A stretch of 64,000 nt of DNA. Source: Octopus sinensis. Lineage: Eukaryota. This document shows, piece by piece, positions 24,800 to 37,900 of this stretch; within the stretch, counting starts at the first letter, position 1, and each line of letters starts with the position of its first letter. The position numbers and the translations under genes were made by a program. The stretch lies in contig NC_043026.1 of NCBI RefSeq assembly GCF_006345805.1, positions 11,346,001 to 11,410,000 on the forward strand. The letters are read 5' to 3'. Under the pieces are notes generated by a model. It was not told the DNA's origin and searched no databases. It saw nothing but the letters and a program-made list of their open reading frames with translations.

Positions 24800-25355
24800 C
24801 ATCACAATCAAGGAACGGCCATAATAGGCCATTCACCCACTAGAAATAACAGCCAAAGCTTCAACCGCAAAATAACATCAATTCCGTAAACCAGGAGAAA
24901 ATTAAAAAACATTTACCCTGTAATTTCTTATACGATGCACCGTTTCATCTACTGTTTAATGGTAAACTAACCTGATTAAATTAAATCAAGCCAATCTTCC
25001 ATAGGCCCTTAGAATCATCAGTAAGATGGCTATTTCTTACTGATGATTCTAAGGGCCTATGGAAGATTGGCTTGATTTAATTTAATCAGGTTAGTTTACC
25101 ATTAAACAGTAGATGAAACGGTGCATCGTATAAGAAATTACAGGGTAAATGTTTTTTAATTTTCTCCTGGTTTACGGAATTGATGTTATTTTGCGGTTGA
25201 AGCTTTGGCTGTTATTTCTAGTGGGTGAATGGCCTATTATGGCCGTTCCTTGATTGTGATGTTGAACTTAAAAATGGTCTATGACTATTTAATTTTTTCC
25301 CACTAGGCCGCTGGTGGCAAAAAAATTCTACAAAATTTTTTGCCACCCTATATTG
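24800..25355 (+). mobile_element. Palindromic Penelope-like insertion, family C
   Basis: Apparently perfect 227-bp arms (24800-25026 and 25035-25261) with an 8-nt spacer, plus a unique 3' extension. Confidence 0.75.
25032..25138 (+). ncRNA. Type I hammerhead ribozyme with long stem II
   Basis: ATTTCTTA-CTGATGA-T-TCTA...TAGA-T-GAAA-CG-GTGCAT-CG-TA-TAAGAAAT. 8-bp stem I, intact core, GUA site (predicted cut after 25130). Confidence 0.75.
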
Positions 25356-25361
25356 ATTAAT

Positions 25362-25395
<34 letters not shown>

Positions 25396-25558
25396 ATATA
25401 TATATGGCGTAACTTCGGTATTAGTACCGGATACATATGGGGGGCTAGGGTTAGGGGTGGGAGAAAAGGCTTTCTGTTATCTTCAGAAATATAAACAAAG
25501 TCACGTGTGTACTTATACCGAAGGATCGCCATATATATACACACACACACACACATAT

Positions 25559-27319
25559 ATATAGGTTAATATAGGGCGTAACAAATATCAGAAAATCAAA
25601 AAAAAATGTGTGTAATAGGTGTAAAACAACTTCCTATGAACGAATATGAAAAAAAAATTCGCGCACGCGAAAGGGGGGTGGAATATTTATATCGGGAATT
25701 TCCGAAAGCGTCTGAACCGGGCACAAAAACAAAAACAAAAACAGCGTAATAGGTGTAAAACAACTTGCTCTAAACGACTATCATGAAAAAAATGCGCGCT
25801 CGCGAAAGGGGGGTGGGGGAGAGGCTTCGGAAATTTCACATCTTCAGTCCACGGCCTTTAAACTAAGAAAAAATAGTGCAATTGGTGTAAAACTACTTGT
25901 TCTAAACGAGTATCAAGAACACACACTCACACATGAATCATAGACTCCGTATTTCGCAAAAAAAAATAAAATAAAGAGAAGAAATTCTGGAAAAAGTGAA
26001 GAAATGTTGGATCTCCGCCATGTGAATCAAAATACGTGTCAGAAACATCTTGAAATACTACAGAAATTATGTTACGAAAATGATAATGTATACATACCTC
26101 TTTGAGTGGTCCATCGATAATGATGATAAAGAAATGAGTTGGATTTGAACTCAGAATATTGACTAACACAACTACATACTACAAGACTCAAAATATTCAG
26201 CCAAGTCACCACCCTTTAACTAGCAATAATAATAACATCAATAACATAACAGCCAAAAGATTTATTTGTTCTGAAAATAACAATCATAGTAAATAAATAT
26301 GTTCTTTAATATTCACATTCATGTGCACAGTTAAACACACTTACATACAAACAGTCACGCATGCATAATACAGAACGGAACACATAAATGAAGGATGCAT
26401 TACTTAGTATATATTACATCTAGAGAATTTTGATTAATAAGTCAAATATGCAAATTATAAAGATAATTAATTGCTTTACTAAACAGTGTTGTAAAGGTGA
26501 AAAAATATATTTGGGAAAAAAATACACGCCAAAACTAATTAATAAAGGATAATTAGGGAAGGATTGACACAAAATAATAATTTTTTCTGTCTCTTTTTTT
26601 CTGATAAATGCATCTTAATAAGTGAGAAGAATTGCATATATCTGAACTATTTCAAAGAAAAGCATAAATTTAATGTTTAAAATAGCTTTAACCAAGGAAT
26701 GAGATCCAACATTTCTTCACTTTTTCCAGAATTTCTTCTCTTTATTATTTTTTTTTGCGAAATACGGAGTTTATGATTCATGTGTGAGTGTGTGTTCTTG
26801 ATACTCGTTTAGAACAAGTAGTTTTACACCAATTACACTATTTTTTCTTAGTTTAAAGGCCGTGGACTGAAGATGTGAAATTTCCGAAGCCTCTCCCCCA
26901 CTCCCCTTTCGCGAGCGCGCATTTTTTTCATGATAGTCGTTTAGAGCAAGTTGTTTTACACCTATTACGCTGTTTTTGTTTTTGTTCCCGGTTCAGACGC
27001 TTTCGGAAATTCCCGATATAAATATTCCGAGGCCTCTCCCCCACCCCTCTTTCTCGAGAGCGCATTTTTTTTTCATATTCGTTTAGAGCAAGTTGTTTTA
27101 CACATATTACACTATTTTTTTTTTGTTTTGGTGCCCGGGTCAGCCCCTCAGACGCTTTCGGAACTTCCCGATGTGAATTTTCCGAGGCCTCTCCCCCACC
27201 CCCTTTCGCGTGCGCGAATTTTTTTTTTCATATTCGTTCATAGGAAGTTGTTTTACACCTATTACACACATTTTTTTTTTGATTTTCTGATATTTGTTAC
27301 GCCCTATATTAACCTATAT
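25559..27319. mobile_element. Foldback-like element with long modular TIRs
   Basis: TIRs at 25559-26015 and 26701-27319, built from ~145-165-bp subrepeats, around an AT-rich spacer. Confidence 0.85.
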
Positions 27320-27321
27320 CA

Positions 27322-27632
27322 TCATATCATCATCATCATCATTTAGCGTCCGTTTTCCATGCTAGCATGGGTTGGACGGTTCAACTGGGGTCTGGGGAGC
27401 CCGAAGGCTGCACCAGGCCAGTCAGATCTGGCAGTGTTTCTACAGCTGGATGCCCTTCCTAACGCCAACCACTCCGAGAGTGTAGTGGGTGATTTTATGT
27501 GCCACCGACAGGTGCCAGACGAGGCTGGCGAACAGCCACGCTCGGATGGTGTTTTTATGTGCCACCGACACAGGTGCCAGATGAGGCTGGCGGACGGCCA
27601 CGATCGGATGGTGTTTGTTACGTCCCCAAAGC
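27322..27632 (-). mobile_element. Family D repeat
   Basis: Consensus match with (CAT)n tail. Confidence 0.75.
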
Positions 27633-28319
27633 ACATATATATATATGTATATGGTGGCTGCCCCCTCGCTATTGAGTATGGCTATTTCATGAAGCTTAAT
27701 CAATGTTGTTATCGTGCAATGCCTGTGCAAGAAGATTTTTTTTTAAATTGCAGAAAGGCTGTGCACTGAGTCAATCCCACTCACTAAGCAACAGCAGCCA
27801 CAATCCGACATACATACATACACACAAACAGGCTTTTTTTGAGCTTCTGTCTACCAAATCCGAAGGCTACAGTAGAAGAAACTTGCCCAAGGTGCTGCAC
27901 AGTGGGACTGAACCCGGAACCATGTGGTCGAGACGCAAGCTTCTTACCACACGGCCACACATTTCATTATTTCCCTTATCGGTGTCTAAAGTTGTGTTGC
28001 AAAACTTTTGTACCATGGATTAGCCACGATAGAAATAGATTAGGGATGGGCTCAAACCGAGTGAAATTGTAATCATGGTAGGTACTAGTGTCACACGACT
28101 GGCAACCATACTGGGGGCATGTGAAAATGCCCATTATATTTTTGGAGTGGTTGGCATTAGGAAGGGCACGTAGCCATAGGAACCGTACCAAATTACTCTG
28201 GAGTCTGATGCAGCCCCTCAGTTTACTCGCCCTGGTCTAACCATCTAATCCTTGCCAGCATAGACAACAGATGTTAAATGATGATGATGATGATTTATAT
28301 ACACAAACATTTTTTTCTT

Positions 28320-28870
28320 TTTCTTTTACTTGTTTCAGCCATTTGACTGCGGCCATGCTGGAGCACCGCCTTTAGTCGAGCAAATCGACCCCGGGACTTA
28401 TTCTTTGTAAGCCCAGTACTTATTCTATCGGTCTCTTTTTGCCGAACTGCTAAGTGACGGGGACGTAAACACACCAGCATCGGTTGTCAAGCAATGCTAG
28501 GGGGGACAAACACAGACACATACATATATATATATACATATATACGACGGGCTTCTTTCAGTTTCCGTCTACCAAATCCACTCACAAGGCATTGGTTGGC
28601 CCGGGGCTATAGCAGAAGACACTTGCCCAAGATGCCACGCAGTGGGACTGAACCGGGAACCATGTGGTCGGTAAACAAGCTACTTACCACGCAGCCACTC
28701 CTATACATATATACGACAGGCTTCTTTCGATTTCCATCTACCAAATCCACTCACAAGGCATTGATCGGCCCGGGGCTATAGCAGAAGACACTTGCCCAAG
28801 ATGTCACACAGTGGGACTGAACCCGGAACCATGTGCTTGGTTAGCAAGCTACTTCCCACACAGCCACTCC
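28320..28870 (-). mobile_element. SINE family A with duplicated head
   Basis: Consensus match. Confidence 0.85.
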
Positions 28871-29056
28871 TATATATATGTTTCAACACACGAACTCAAA
28901 TAAAGAATCTTGCAAACCAAATCCAAAAACGAAACAAAAATAAGAGCTAAGAAAAATAATTCAGAGCAGAAATTTGGGCAATAAAGGCAAATAAAGTTAT
29001 ACAAAACACCATACATGATAAATTTATCATTTATTGAAACAATCATTGACAACCTG

Positions 29057-29257
29057 AATTGATATGGTTTCTCTCCAGTATGAGTAAACATGTAACCATT
29101 TCAAGAGAATGATTTACCAAAGATATGACAGTGATATGGCCACTATCTTGTGTGAATACATTTGTGTAATGCCAAGTAAATACTTTGATAGAATGATCTA
29201 CTACAGATAATAAAGTGATATGGTTTCTCTCTTGTGTGAATAAGTTTGTGTCTAGTT
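29057..29257 (-). pseudogene. Degenerate zinc-finger tail in the ZNF4 3' UTR
   Basis: Reads HKLIHTREKPYHFIICSRSFYQSIYLALHKCIHTR*...HTGEKPY. Followed by AATAAA at 29030-29035 (-). Confidence 0.7.
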
Positions 29258-30053
29258 CAGTGCTTTTCAAACTTTTTGCTGAGAGAATGATTGACCACAG
29301 ATTTCGCACTCATATGGTTTCTCTCCCGTATGACTATGTTTGTGTACAGTTAAATCCGAACTACCATAGAAGGATTGACCACAGATATCACAATGATATG
29401 GCCTTTCTCGTTTATGAGTATGTCTGTGCCTAGTTAAGTGAGAATTTTGAGGAAATGATTCACCACAAATATCACACCAAGGAACCCCAAGGAAACATTC
29501 CACTGGCTCGAGGAACCCCTGTGCAATAATTTAATAGTCTTATGCACACATATCTGCACAGGAGAATTAAAAATTACTGCCGATTTTAGCAGTTTTGTAA
29601 CTTCTTGTGGAACCCCTGGACTGTACTGGTGGAACCCTGGTTGAAAGTGTGGAAGCACTCCATCGGTTACGATGACGAGGGTTCTGGTTGATCCGAATCA
29701 ATGGAACAGCCTGCTCATGAAATTAACGTGTAAGTGGCTGAGCACTCTACAGACACGTGTACCCATAACGTAGTTCTCGGGGATATTCAGTGTGACACAG
29801 AGAGTGACATGGCTGGCCCTTTGAAATACAGGTACAACAGAAACAGGAAGTAAGAGTGAGAGAAAGTTGTGGTGAAAGAGTACAGCAGGGATCACCACCA
29901 TCCCCTGCCGGAGCCTCGTGGAACTTTTAGGTGTTTTCACTCAATAAACACTCACAACGCCCGGTCTGGGAATCGAAACCGCGATCCTATGACCGCAAGT
30001 CCACTGCCCTAACCACTGGGCCATTGTGCCTCCACCCTGGTTGAAAACTACTG
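29258..30053. mobile_element. hAT-type MITE carrying a captured ZNF fragment and a nested SINE
   Basis: 8-bp TSD GTCTAGTT at 29250-29257 and 30054-30061. TIRs CAGTGCTTTTCAA and TTGAAAACTACTG. Confidence 0.85.
29647..30033 (-). mobile_element. tRNA-derived SINE (family C, body type c) with 13-bp TSD
   Basis: TSD ACCCTGGTTGAAA at 29634-29646 and 30034-30046. Homologous to about 46292-46635. Confidence 0.85.
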
Positions 30054-30097
30054 GTCTAGTTAATCGACTTGTTACAGAGAATGATTTTAACAGAATA

Positions 30098-31210
30098 TCA
30101 GTAATCTGGCTTCTCTCCTGAATGACCTAATTTGTGAACAGCCAAACAATCATTTCGAGGAAACGACTTACCACAGATTTCACAGTGATTTGGTTTCTCT
30201 CCAGTATGAACATGTTTGTGTCTAGTTAACTCAGCATTAGTACAGAAGGATTTACCACAGATATCACAATGATATGGTTTGTCTCCTGAATGCCTTCGTT
30301 TGTGTATCATTAAGCAACCCTTCCGGGAAAATGATTTACCACAGATTTCGCAGTGATATGGTCTCTCTGCTGTGTGAATACGCTTGTGGAATGTTAATTG
30401 ACCACTCTGAGAGAATGACCTACCACAGATATCACAGCGATATGGTTTCTCTCCTGTATGAGTACGTTTGTGTTTAGTTAAATCACCACAACAAGAGAAG
30501 GATTTACCACAGATATCACATCCATATGGCTTCTCTCGTGTATGTGTATGCCTGTGCCTTGTTAAGTGAGAATTGTGAAGAAATGATTTATCACAAATAT
30601 CACAGGGATATGGCTTCTCTCCTGTATGACTTCGTTTGTGTATAATTAAGCAATCCTTTCTAGGAAATGATTTATCACAGATATCACAGTGAAATGGTTT
30701 CTCTCCTGTGTGAATGCGTTTGTGTAATGTTAATATACAACTTTGAGAGAATGATTGACCACAGATTTCGCACTCATATGGTTTCTCTCCCGTATGACTA
30801 CGTTTGTGTACAGTTAAATCAGAACTACTATAGAAGGATTGACCACAGATATCACAATGATATGGCCTTTTTCGTTTATGAGTATGTCTGTGCCTTGTTA
30901 AGTGAGAATTTTGAGGAAATGATTCACCACAAATATCACACCGATATGGTTTCTCTCCGGTATGAATATCCTTGTGCATTCTTAAGCTACCGCTTTCAGT
31001 GAATGATTTACCACAGATATCACAGAGATATGATTTCTCTCCAGTATGAGTAGTTGTGTGTCTTTCTAAGTGCTCACTTCTAGAGAATGATTTACCACAA
31101 ATATCACAGTGACAAGATGTCCTCTGTTTCTTTTTATCACTGGAAAAATCAATGCTTTCAATCTGTAATTTAGACTTAAACTTATTCTCACATAATTCAT
31201 TTTCCATCAT
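30098..31210 (-). CDS. C2H2 zinc-finger protein (ZNF4), 370 aa, 12 fingers
   Basis: [12 protein letters not shown]-terminus. TGEKPY linkers. Confidence 0.92.
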   Translation of the reverse strand: MMENELCENKFKSKLQIESIDFSSDKKKQRTSCHCDICGKSFSRSEHLERHTTTHTGEKSYLCDICGKSFTESGSLRMHKDIHTGEKPYRCDICGESFPQNSHLTRHRHTHKRKRPYHCDICGQSFYSSSDLTVHKRSHTGEKPYECEICGQSFSQSCILTLHKRIHTGEKPFHCDICDKSFPRKDCLIIHKRSHTGEKPYPCDICDKSFLHNSHLTRHRHTHTREKPYGCDICGKSFSCCGDLTKHKRTHTGEKPYRCDICGRSFSQSGQLTFHKRIHTAERPYHCEICGKSFSRKGCLMIHKRRHSGDKPYHCDICGKSFCTNAELTRHKHVHTGEKPNHCEICGKSFPRNDCLAVHKLGHSGEKPDY

Positions 31211-32171
31211 TGTTCTTTCCTCACCACAATTCCCAGGTCTTGTACATATTCCAGGCAGTCAAGAAAAGAATTGTTGTTAACAATCTGAGTTCAGGGAAAA
31301 TATTTGGCTGTAATATTCCAAAGATTTATATAAAGAGAGTTATATTTGTTCTGCATAAGATTTTCCTTTGAGTCTTTAAAAAGGATATTGATGATGTATA
31401 CCATTCTTAGATGCCAATGTTGTTTGTTATTCTGAAATAGTAGAGAAAAAAACAGAATAAGACATAGCAGATACATAAAACAAATTCTAGTATATTTCTT
31501 ATAGAAATAAACATTCACTTGAACAACTGAATCGTTTCCCTCTATTTTCAAGATGTAGATAAATAGTGTAGATAAAAAAAAAATGTGCAGAACAGGTATG
31601 GGTGTATGGTAAAGAAACTTATTTTCTAACCATGTGGTCTTGGGTTCAATTCCACTTTGTGCAACTGACTTCTACATGTTAACCAAAGCCTTGTGCATGG
31701 ATTTGGTAATTTTGTCGGCGTGGAAGCCTGTTGTGTGTACATTTTGTTCAGAAAATAATGTCTGATTTTTAAAATAAGCCTATATTCTTGAAAAACTGAA
31801 CTTATACAAAGGTTTAATTATTGAAAATATGATCCCTGAACAGCTATGTATTTTCCTGATCAATTAACAATGGCTATAGCGGTACTACTTAAGAATTAAA
31901 ACAAACGTTTGGGTGGAGTCGTATAAGTCGCTAACCTCGACTTTATTTCTTCATTTATTTTGGTGAAATGTGTAAACTATCGCCATGCTCATTTATCGCA
32001 CCACATATCACATTCTAGTAAAATCGTAATGTACTCCATCAGAAAGGTGTTTATCGAAAATTTTATTTAAAAATATCCAGTGGGCTTATTAGAAACTAGC
32101 GGCAACGGTTTAAAATATTGAGTTTCAAACTCGCGACTACACGCACCGGGAGCAGTTCTCAAGTTACTGTT

Positions 32172-33633
32172 ACTTCCCTGGGCATGGACACATTGAAACT
32201 CCGACGTCTGGCAGACACCCATAAAATTATCAACCATCTTACAAACAATAACTCTGAGCACCTTTTCAAACTCCACCCGTCTAACACCCGTTGACACATT
32301 TACAAAGTCAGAAAACAGCACAGCTCCCATGACTTTCAGAAACATTTTTTCACGCTGAGAGTTGCTGAAGCATGGAACAAACTGCCGGCATCAGTTGTTA
32401 GTTGTCGGAGCACTGCATCCTTCAAAACTTCCATGCTTTCTGAGATTCGCCAACACTACACCCGATTTTCTCCCCTCCATACACATACAAGCATGTATCT
32501 GACTCATACACGGTTCACTTCCCAGACATTCGTACATTACTGCATATGCAGACACCCATAAAATTATTAATCATCTTATTAACAATAACTCTGAGCACCT
32601 TTTCAAACTCCCCCCGTCTAACACCTGTGGACACATTTACAAAGTCAGAAAACAGCACAGCTCCCATGACTTTCGGAAACATTTTTTCACGCTAAGAGTT
32701 GCTGAAGCATGGAACAAACTGCCGGCATCAGTTGTTAGTTGTCGGAGCACTGCATCCTTCAAAACTTCCATGCTTTCTGAGATTCGCCAACACTACACCC
32801 GATTTTCTCCCCTCCATACACACACAAGCATGTATCTGACTCATACACGGTTCACTTCCCAGACATTCGTACATTACTGCATATGCTGACACCCATAAAA
32901 TTATTAATCATCTTATTAACAATAACTCTGAGCACCTTTTCAAACTCCCCCCGTCTAACACCTGTGGACACATTTACAAAGTCAGAAAACAGCACAGCTC
33001 CCATGACTTTCGGAAACATTTTTTCACGCTGAGAGTTGCTGAAGCATGGAACAAACTGCCGGCATCAGTTGTTAGTTGTCGGAGCACTGCATCCTTCAAA
33101 ACTTCCATGCTTTCTGAGATTCGCCAACACTACACCCGATTTTCTCCCCTCCATACACACACAAGCATGTATCTGACTCATACACGGTTCACTTCCCAGA
33201 CATTCGTACATTACTGCATATGCAGACACCCATAAAATTATTAATCATCTTATTAACAATAACCCTGAGCACCTTTTCAAACTCCCCCCGTCTAACACCT
33301 GTGGACACATTTACAAAGTCAGAAAACAGCACAGCTCCCATGACTTTCGGAAACATTTTTTCACGCTGAGAGTTGCTGAAGCATGGAACAAACTGCCGGC
33401 ATCAGTTGTTAGTTGTCGGAGCACTGCATCCTTCAAAACTTCCATGCTTTCTGAGATTCGCCAACACTACACCTGATTTTCTCACCTCCATACACACACA
33501 AGCATGTATCTGACTCATACATTGTTCACTTCCCAAACATTTGTACATTACTGCATACACTTTATACGCACTTTCTGACAAGTTGTGGTGCACCTGAGCA
33601 CTGTATACAATAATTTCCTTATTATTATTATTA
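32172..33633 (+). mobile_element. CR1/L2-like LINE 3' end amplified as 4 x 337-bp tandem units
   Basis: GC(A/T)GACACCCATAAAATT at 32211, 32548, 32885 and 33222. The last unit carries the (ATT)n tail. Confidence 0.85.
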
Positions 33634-33771
33634 TAAGTAGTACCATATATTTAATAATTGATATTACCATGTGCTGAAAATAGAATTCATGTTAAAGTCT
33701 GACAAGCAACACGTTTTACATTATACGTGTTCAACTACTTTTACTAAAATATTTGTATTATTATATCTTAC

Positions 33772-34090
33772 CTGTTATGCAACACAAATCTGTGTTGATC
33801 GCGAAATATCTTCAATTAGAACAATTACGTGTTGCAAAGCGTCATTCAATGCGAAAATAATTTTCACAATGCTAATGCTAAAAGTCGACTCGGAAACAGA
33901 AACAACGAAACGTACTTAGAGTCTATTTATAAACACCTAGAAATATATATATGTCTTATTTCTAAAACTTTTACTTTAAATTATACAAACAGTTGTGGTT
34001 AACTGTTCTGAAACTGTATAAAACTTTACTTAAAATACAAACACAAGGTAATACTGTGCAATTTCTTTATCAGCAATATCTGATCGACTG
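33772..34090 (-). promoter_or_regulatory. Predicted promoter and non-coding exon 1 of ZNF4
   Basis: Paralog-conserved block with donor ACAG|GTAAGA at 33772/33771. Homology stops at the LINE junction (34090). Confidence 0.6.
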
Positions 34091-34125
34091 GTGTTATCCT
34101 CCTCGTTCAGGCAGAAAACAAGATA

Positions 34126-34926
34126 TTGGAGAACCTGCCCGATAGGATATTTAACGAAGATGGAACGTCCATGAGAGTGTCAGTGGAGGGGCGCAGACCT
34201 AGGTGTTTTAAATGTGGCGAGAAGGGTCACGTCCGCTCGAACTGCTTAAAAAAAAAGAAAACCAACGAAGCCCCTCTTCAAAGTGCTTCTAACACTGAAG
34301 GGGAGAAGGCGGGAAAAGAAAACAAGACGACGACAAGCAAAGAAACAGAAACGGAGGATTGTATCGAACAAATGGATTACACACAGGTGACACACAAAAG
34401 AAAAAAAGACAACACCCTGGACTCCCCTCCCCAAACAAGGAAAAAATCAGCAAGCACCGCAGACATACACACAAAGCAAATTCCCCAGCCCTACCCCCAT
34501 GGCACTGTATTCATTGGGAAACAGTTTGCCAAGCCCCTCCCCATAAAACAAGATGTAAAAAAGTCTTTAAAAAAAAATGATAAGATCATTGCTTTTGATA
34601 AAAAAAACGAAAGGGTATATAAATACTATAAATTTTCAAAATTTAAACTATTTAGCAAGGCTACAGACATAAAAGCAACCACTCGCTTCGCAAAAATAAA
34701 GGAAGACGAGTGGAAGGAGGAAATACTACAAGAACATCTAAAGAATAGACTGATTAGAGATGTAACAAAAGAAGTACTGGAGGGTAAACTTGTTATAACC
34801 CCGGCAACCACACCTACCCAGAGCCCGGTGGCAACGCCGGTTAAGAGCCCTGCAGCTACGACCACAAGGGAGGAAGAAGGGGAAGCGGGCAGATTTAAAC
34901 TGTCATGCTCCCTTTCTCAACCGTAA
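34126..34926 (+). pseudogene. LINE ORF1 C-terminal portion (gag-like zinc knuckle)
   Basis: CFKCGEKGHVRSNC motif. No ATG; 5'-truncated. Confidence 0.8.
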
Positions 34927-34952
34927 GTTCATTTATTTTTCTCTCACCGACA

Positions 34953-37900
34953 ATGGCTAAGCTGGGTTGTGTGAATGTACGTGGAATGGGGACGAAATGG
35001 AAACAAATTTGTTTCCTGAACGACCTCACGACACATGGAGTAGACATAGCTATTGCAACCGAGTCCAAGATGAACGAGGCCCAAGCGTTCTCGCCTCTTC
35101 TAAATGGGTTCGAGAAATTTATTTCTCCTAGCCGAGGAAGAGGCAGAGGCGTGGCAGTCCTTATCAGGAAGAGCTTGGACTTGCAGGTAAGTACTGTCTT
35201 TCTGGACCCAGAAGGCAGGCTGGTTGTTCTGGATGTGACCCACGTAAGTAAACAGTCCTTCAGGTTGGTGGCTGTCTACGCTCCGAACGAGGGTAGACAG
35301 ACGGGTTTTTTTCGGAACCTGGAGCCCTTTTTAGCGACGTCGAAAACGGTAATCTTAGTAGGGGACTTTAACACTGTCCTTGAAGCGCGGGTCGACAGTG
35401 TTGGCTCAACCAATAGGAAGGGGAACCCTAGCCTCAAGGGTCTACTAGAGAGCTTTGATCTAGTGGACCGTTACCGACTGGATGAGCCGAGCGTTCCACA
35501 GTGGACGTGGAGTAACAACGACGGCTCACACAGATCGTATTTAGATAGGATATTTATTAAGAAAAGAGATAAGGATACGTTTAGTTGTCCACAGTTTCAC
35601 ATTGTGCCTTACACGGATCACAAATTTGTGACGTGTAGGATGCAATTAGACAAGTGTCATAGACAGGGACCCGGGTACTGGAAGCTGAACAAGGCTATTT
35701 TGAATTGTGAAGACTTCCGTACCCGGATTAAGGTGTTAGTACAGAGGGCATTGTGTGGCACCATCATTAACAATAGATGGTGGCACTCCCTCAAAAGAGC
35801 CATTCGTTCAGAGTCCATTAGATTTAGCAATCAGCTAAGGTTAGATAGGTCTAGGATAGAGGACGATTTAGTTAAGAATCTAAACGAGGCAATGGAAGCT
35901 GGCTCTGCATCCGGAGTGATGGCGGCAAGGACGGTATTGTACCGTCACCTTAACTCCAAACACGAAGGTTGCAGAGTCAGAGCTAAGCTACGCGCTGGGA
36001 AACGAGAAGGTATTAACGTTGCCGGATGGGCCCGTCGAGTGGAGAGTCAGAGAGGTAACAAAGCCTCAATCAAGTCTTTAACTGACGAACAGGGACAAAA
36101 GATCTATGGACAGGAGGAGATGCAAAAGTTTCTTCACCAGCATTTCGCCCGCGTGTTCGGGGGTGGTGCGGCGCCGGAGCGGGGGAGGACCTTAAAGGAC
36201 TTCCTGGCCGGCGGACCGCGGCTCTCGGGGCGTGAGGTGGAGTGCTGTGAAGAAGCGATCACTCCCGCGGAGATAGAGGGGATACTGGCCGGATGCGCCG
36301 GGGAGAAGTCGCCGGGGTTGGATGGTCTGCCCTACGAGTTTTACCAAAGTATGCCGGACTTGTTCGGGGGAATATTGGCAGGCGTCTACACGAACTGGCA
36401 GCAGAATGGGAGAATTCCCAGTTCTGTAAGCCGGGGAGTGGTGATGCTAATCCAGAAAGACCCGAGCAAGGGGGATAACATTAGTAACTACAGGCCCATA
36501 ACTCTACTTAATGTAGAGTTAAAGATTTTGGCCAAGGTGTTGGCAAAAAGGTTGACGGTTGTCGTGGAGAAACTTGTAGGGAAAGCACAGACATGTGCAA
36601 TTCCAGGCAGGTCGATCCAGGACAATCTTCACCTTATACGCTACACCTTAGATAGGGTGGGTAAATTAACCGGCAAGGGCGGGGTAATGGTCCATTTAGA
36701 CCAAAGTAAAGCGTTCGATAGGGTAGACCATGAGTACCTGGCGACGGTCCTCGAAGCGGCTGGACTGGGCCCTGAATTTCGCGGGTGGATCTCCGCTATG
36801 TATAGCGGCATCAAGTCCACCGTCCAGATAAACGGTTACCTAACGGAACCGTTTCCGATCGAATGTTCAGTTCGTCAAGGGTGCCCCTTGTCACCACTTT
36901 TGTACGTGTTGGCTCTTGAGCCATTACTGCGAAAGTTGGAGAGGCTGGGAAGTAACTCGGATGAGATCGGAGGTGGGAGGACGGTTACTGCTTATGCGGA
37001 TGACGTCACCCTCATCGTGTCCAATGAGGCCCAGCTACCTTGTGTGGAAGAGGCTATCAGAGGATACGAGGCGGTGGCAGGAGCAAAGGTTAACAAGGAC
37101 AAGTCGGTTGGCTTGCGCCTCGGCACCTGGAGGAGCAAGTCGATATCGTCCAGTGTCGTGGGACACTGGACGGATGGCCCTGTTAAGTTGCTAGGAGTTT
37201 GGTTTGGGCCAGACTCCCAAACGGAGAGGAACTGGAGTGAGGTGACGAGCAAGGTGGAGGCCATAGTACGGACCTGATCCGGAAGGTTTCTGTCCTTGAA
37301 ATGAAGGGTGGAGGTGGTACAGATGTTCATTGCATCTGTAATCACTTACCGCCTGACCGTTGTCCCTTGCCCCGATTCATGGCTTAGCAAGTTGGAGCGA
37401 ATCCTTTTCCGCTTTTTGTGGAAGGGAGGAAAGCCACTTGTGAGGCGCTCCGTTTGCTGCCAGGAACCGTTAAAGGGTGGGTTAGGAATGCCTTGGTTGA
37501 TGATGCGCAGACATGCGTTGAGGCTGAAGCATCTCTGGCACCACCTGGAGGGTGATAAGGTGTGGAGTCCGCTGGCAGGGGAATTTTTCCCGAGACCGGC
37601 CTCCTTAGTGAATTTTAAACCCGGTCGCATCAAAAGATGGAAACTGACTTTATGGCAAAAGGAGTGCCGACAGGCACTCACGCTGATCCACAAGGCGGGC
37701 AAGGCCGGCTGCGGAAATACCACCTCGGTATTTTATAGAAGGCTGGTAGAGGCAAAGAACGACGACGTCCTAGGAGGGGCTCTGGGGTTTGACGAAGACC
37801 AGCTTACCAACCTGTTTAAAAAGACTTTCAGGACGGGGTACTTGGATAATTTCCAAAGATCCCTGGCCTGGCAGTGCTATAGGAATGCTTTACCTGTTCG

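Noticed and set aside
37275-37304. UGA recoding (selenocysteine or readthrough) in LINE ORF2
   Set aside because: The positions fit TGG(W) and GGA(G) point mutations in a conserved-looking segment, and the element is 5'-truncated.
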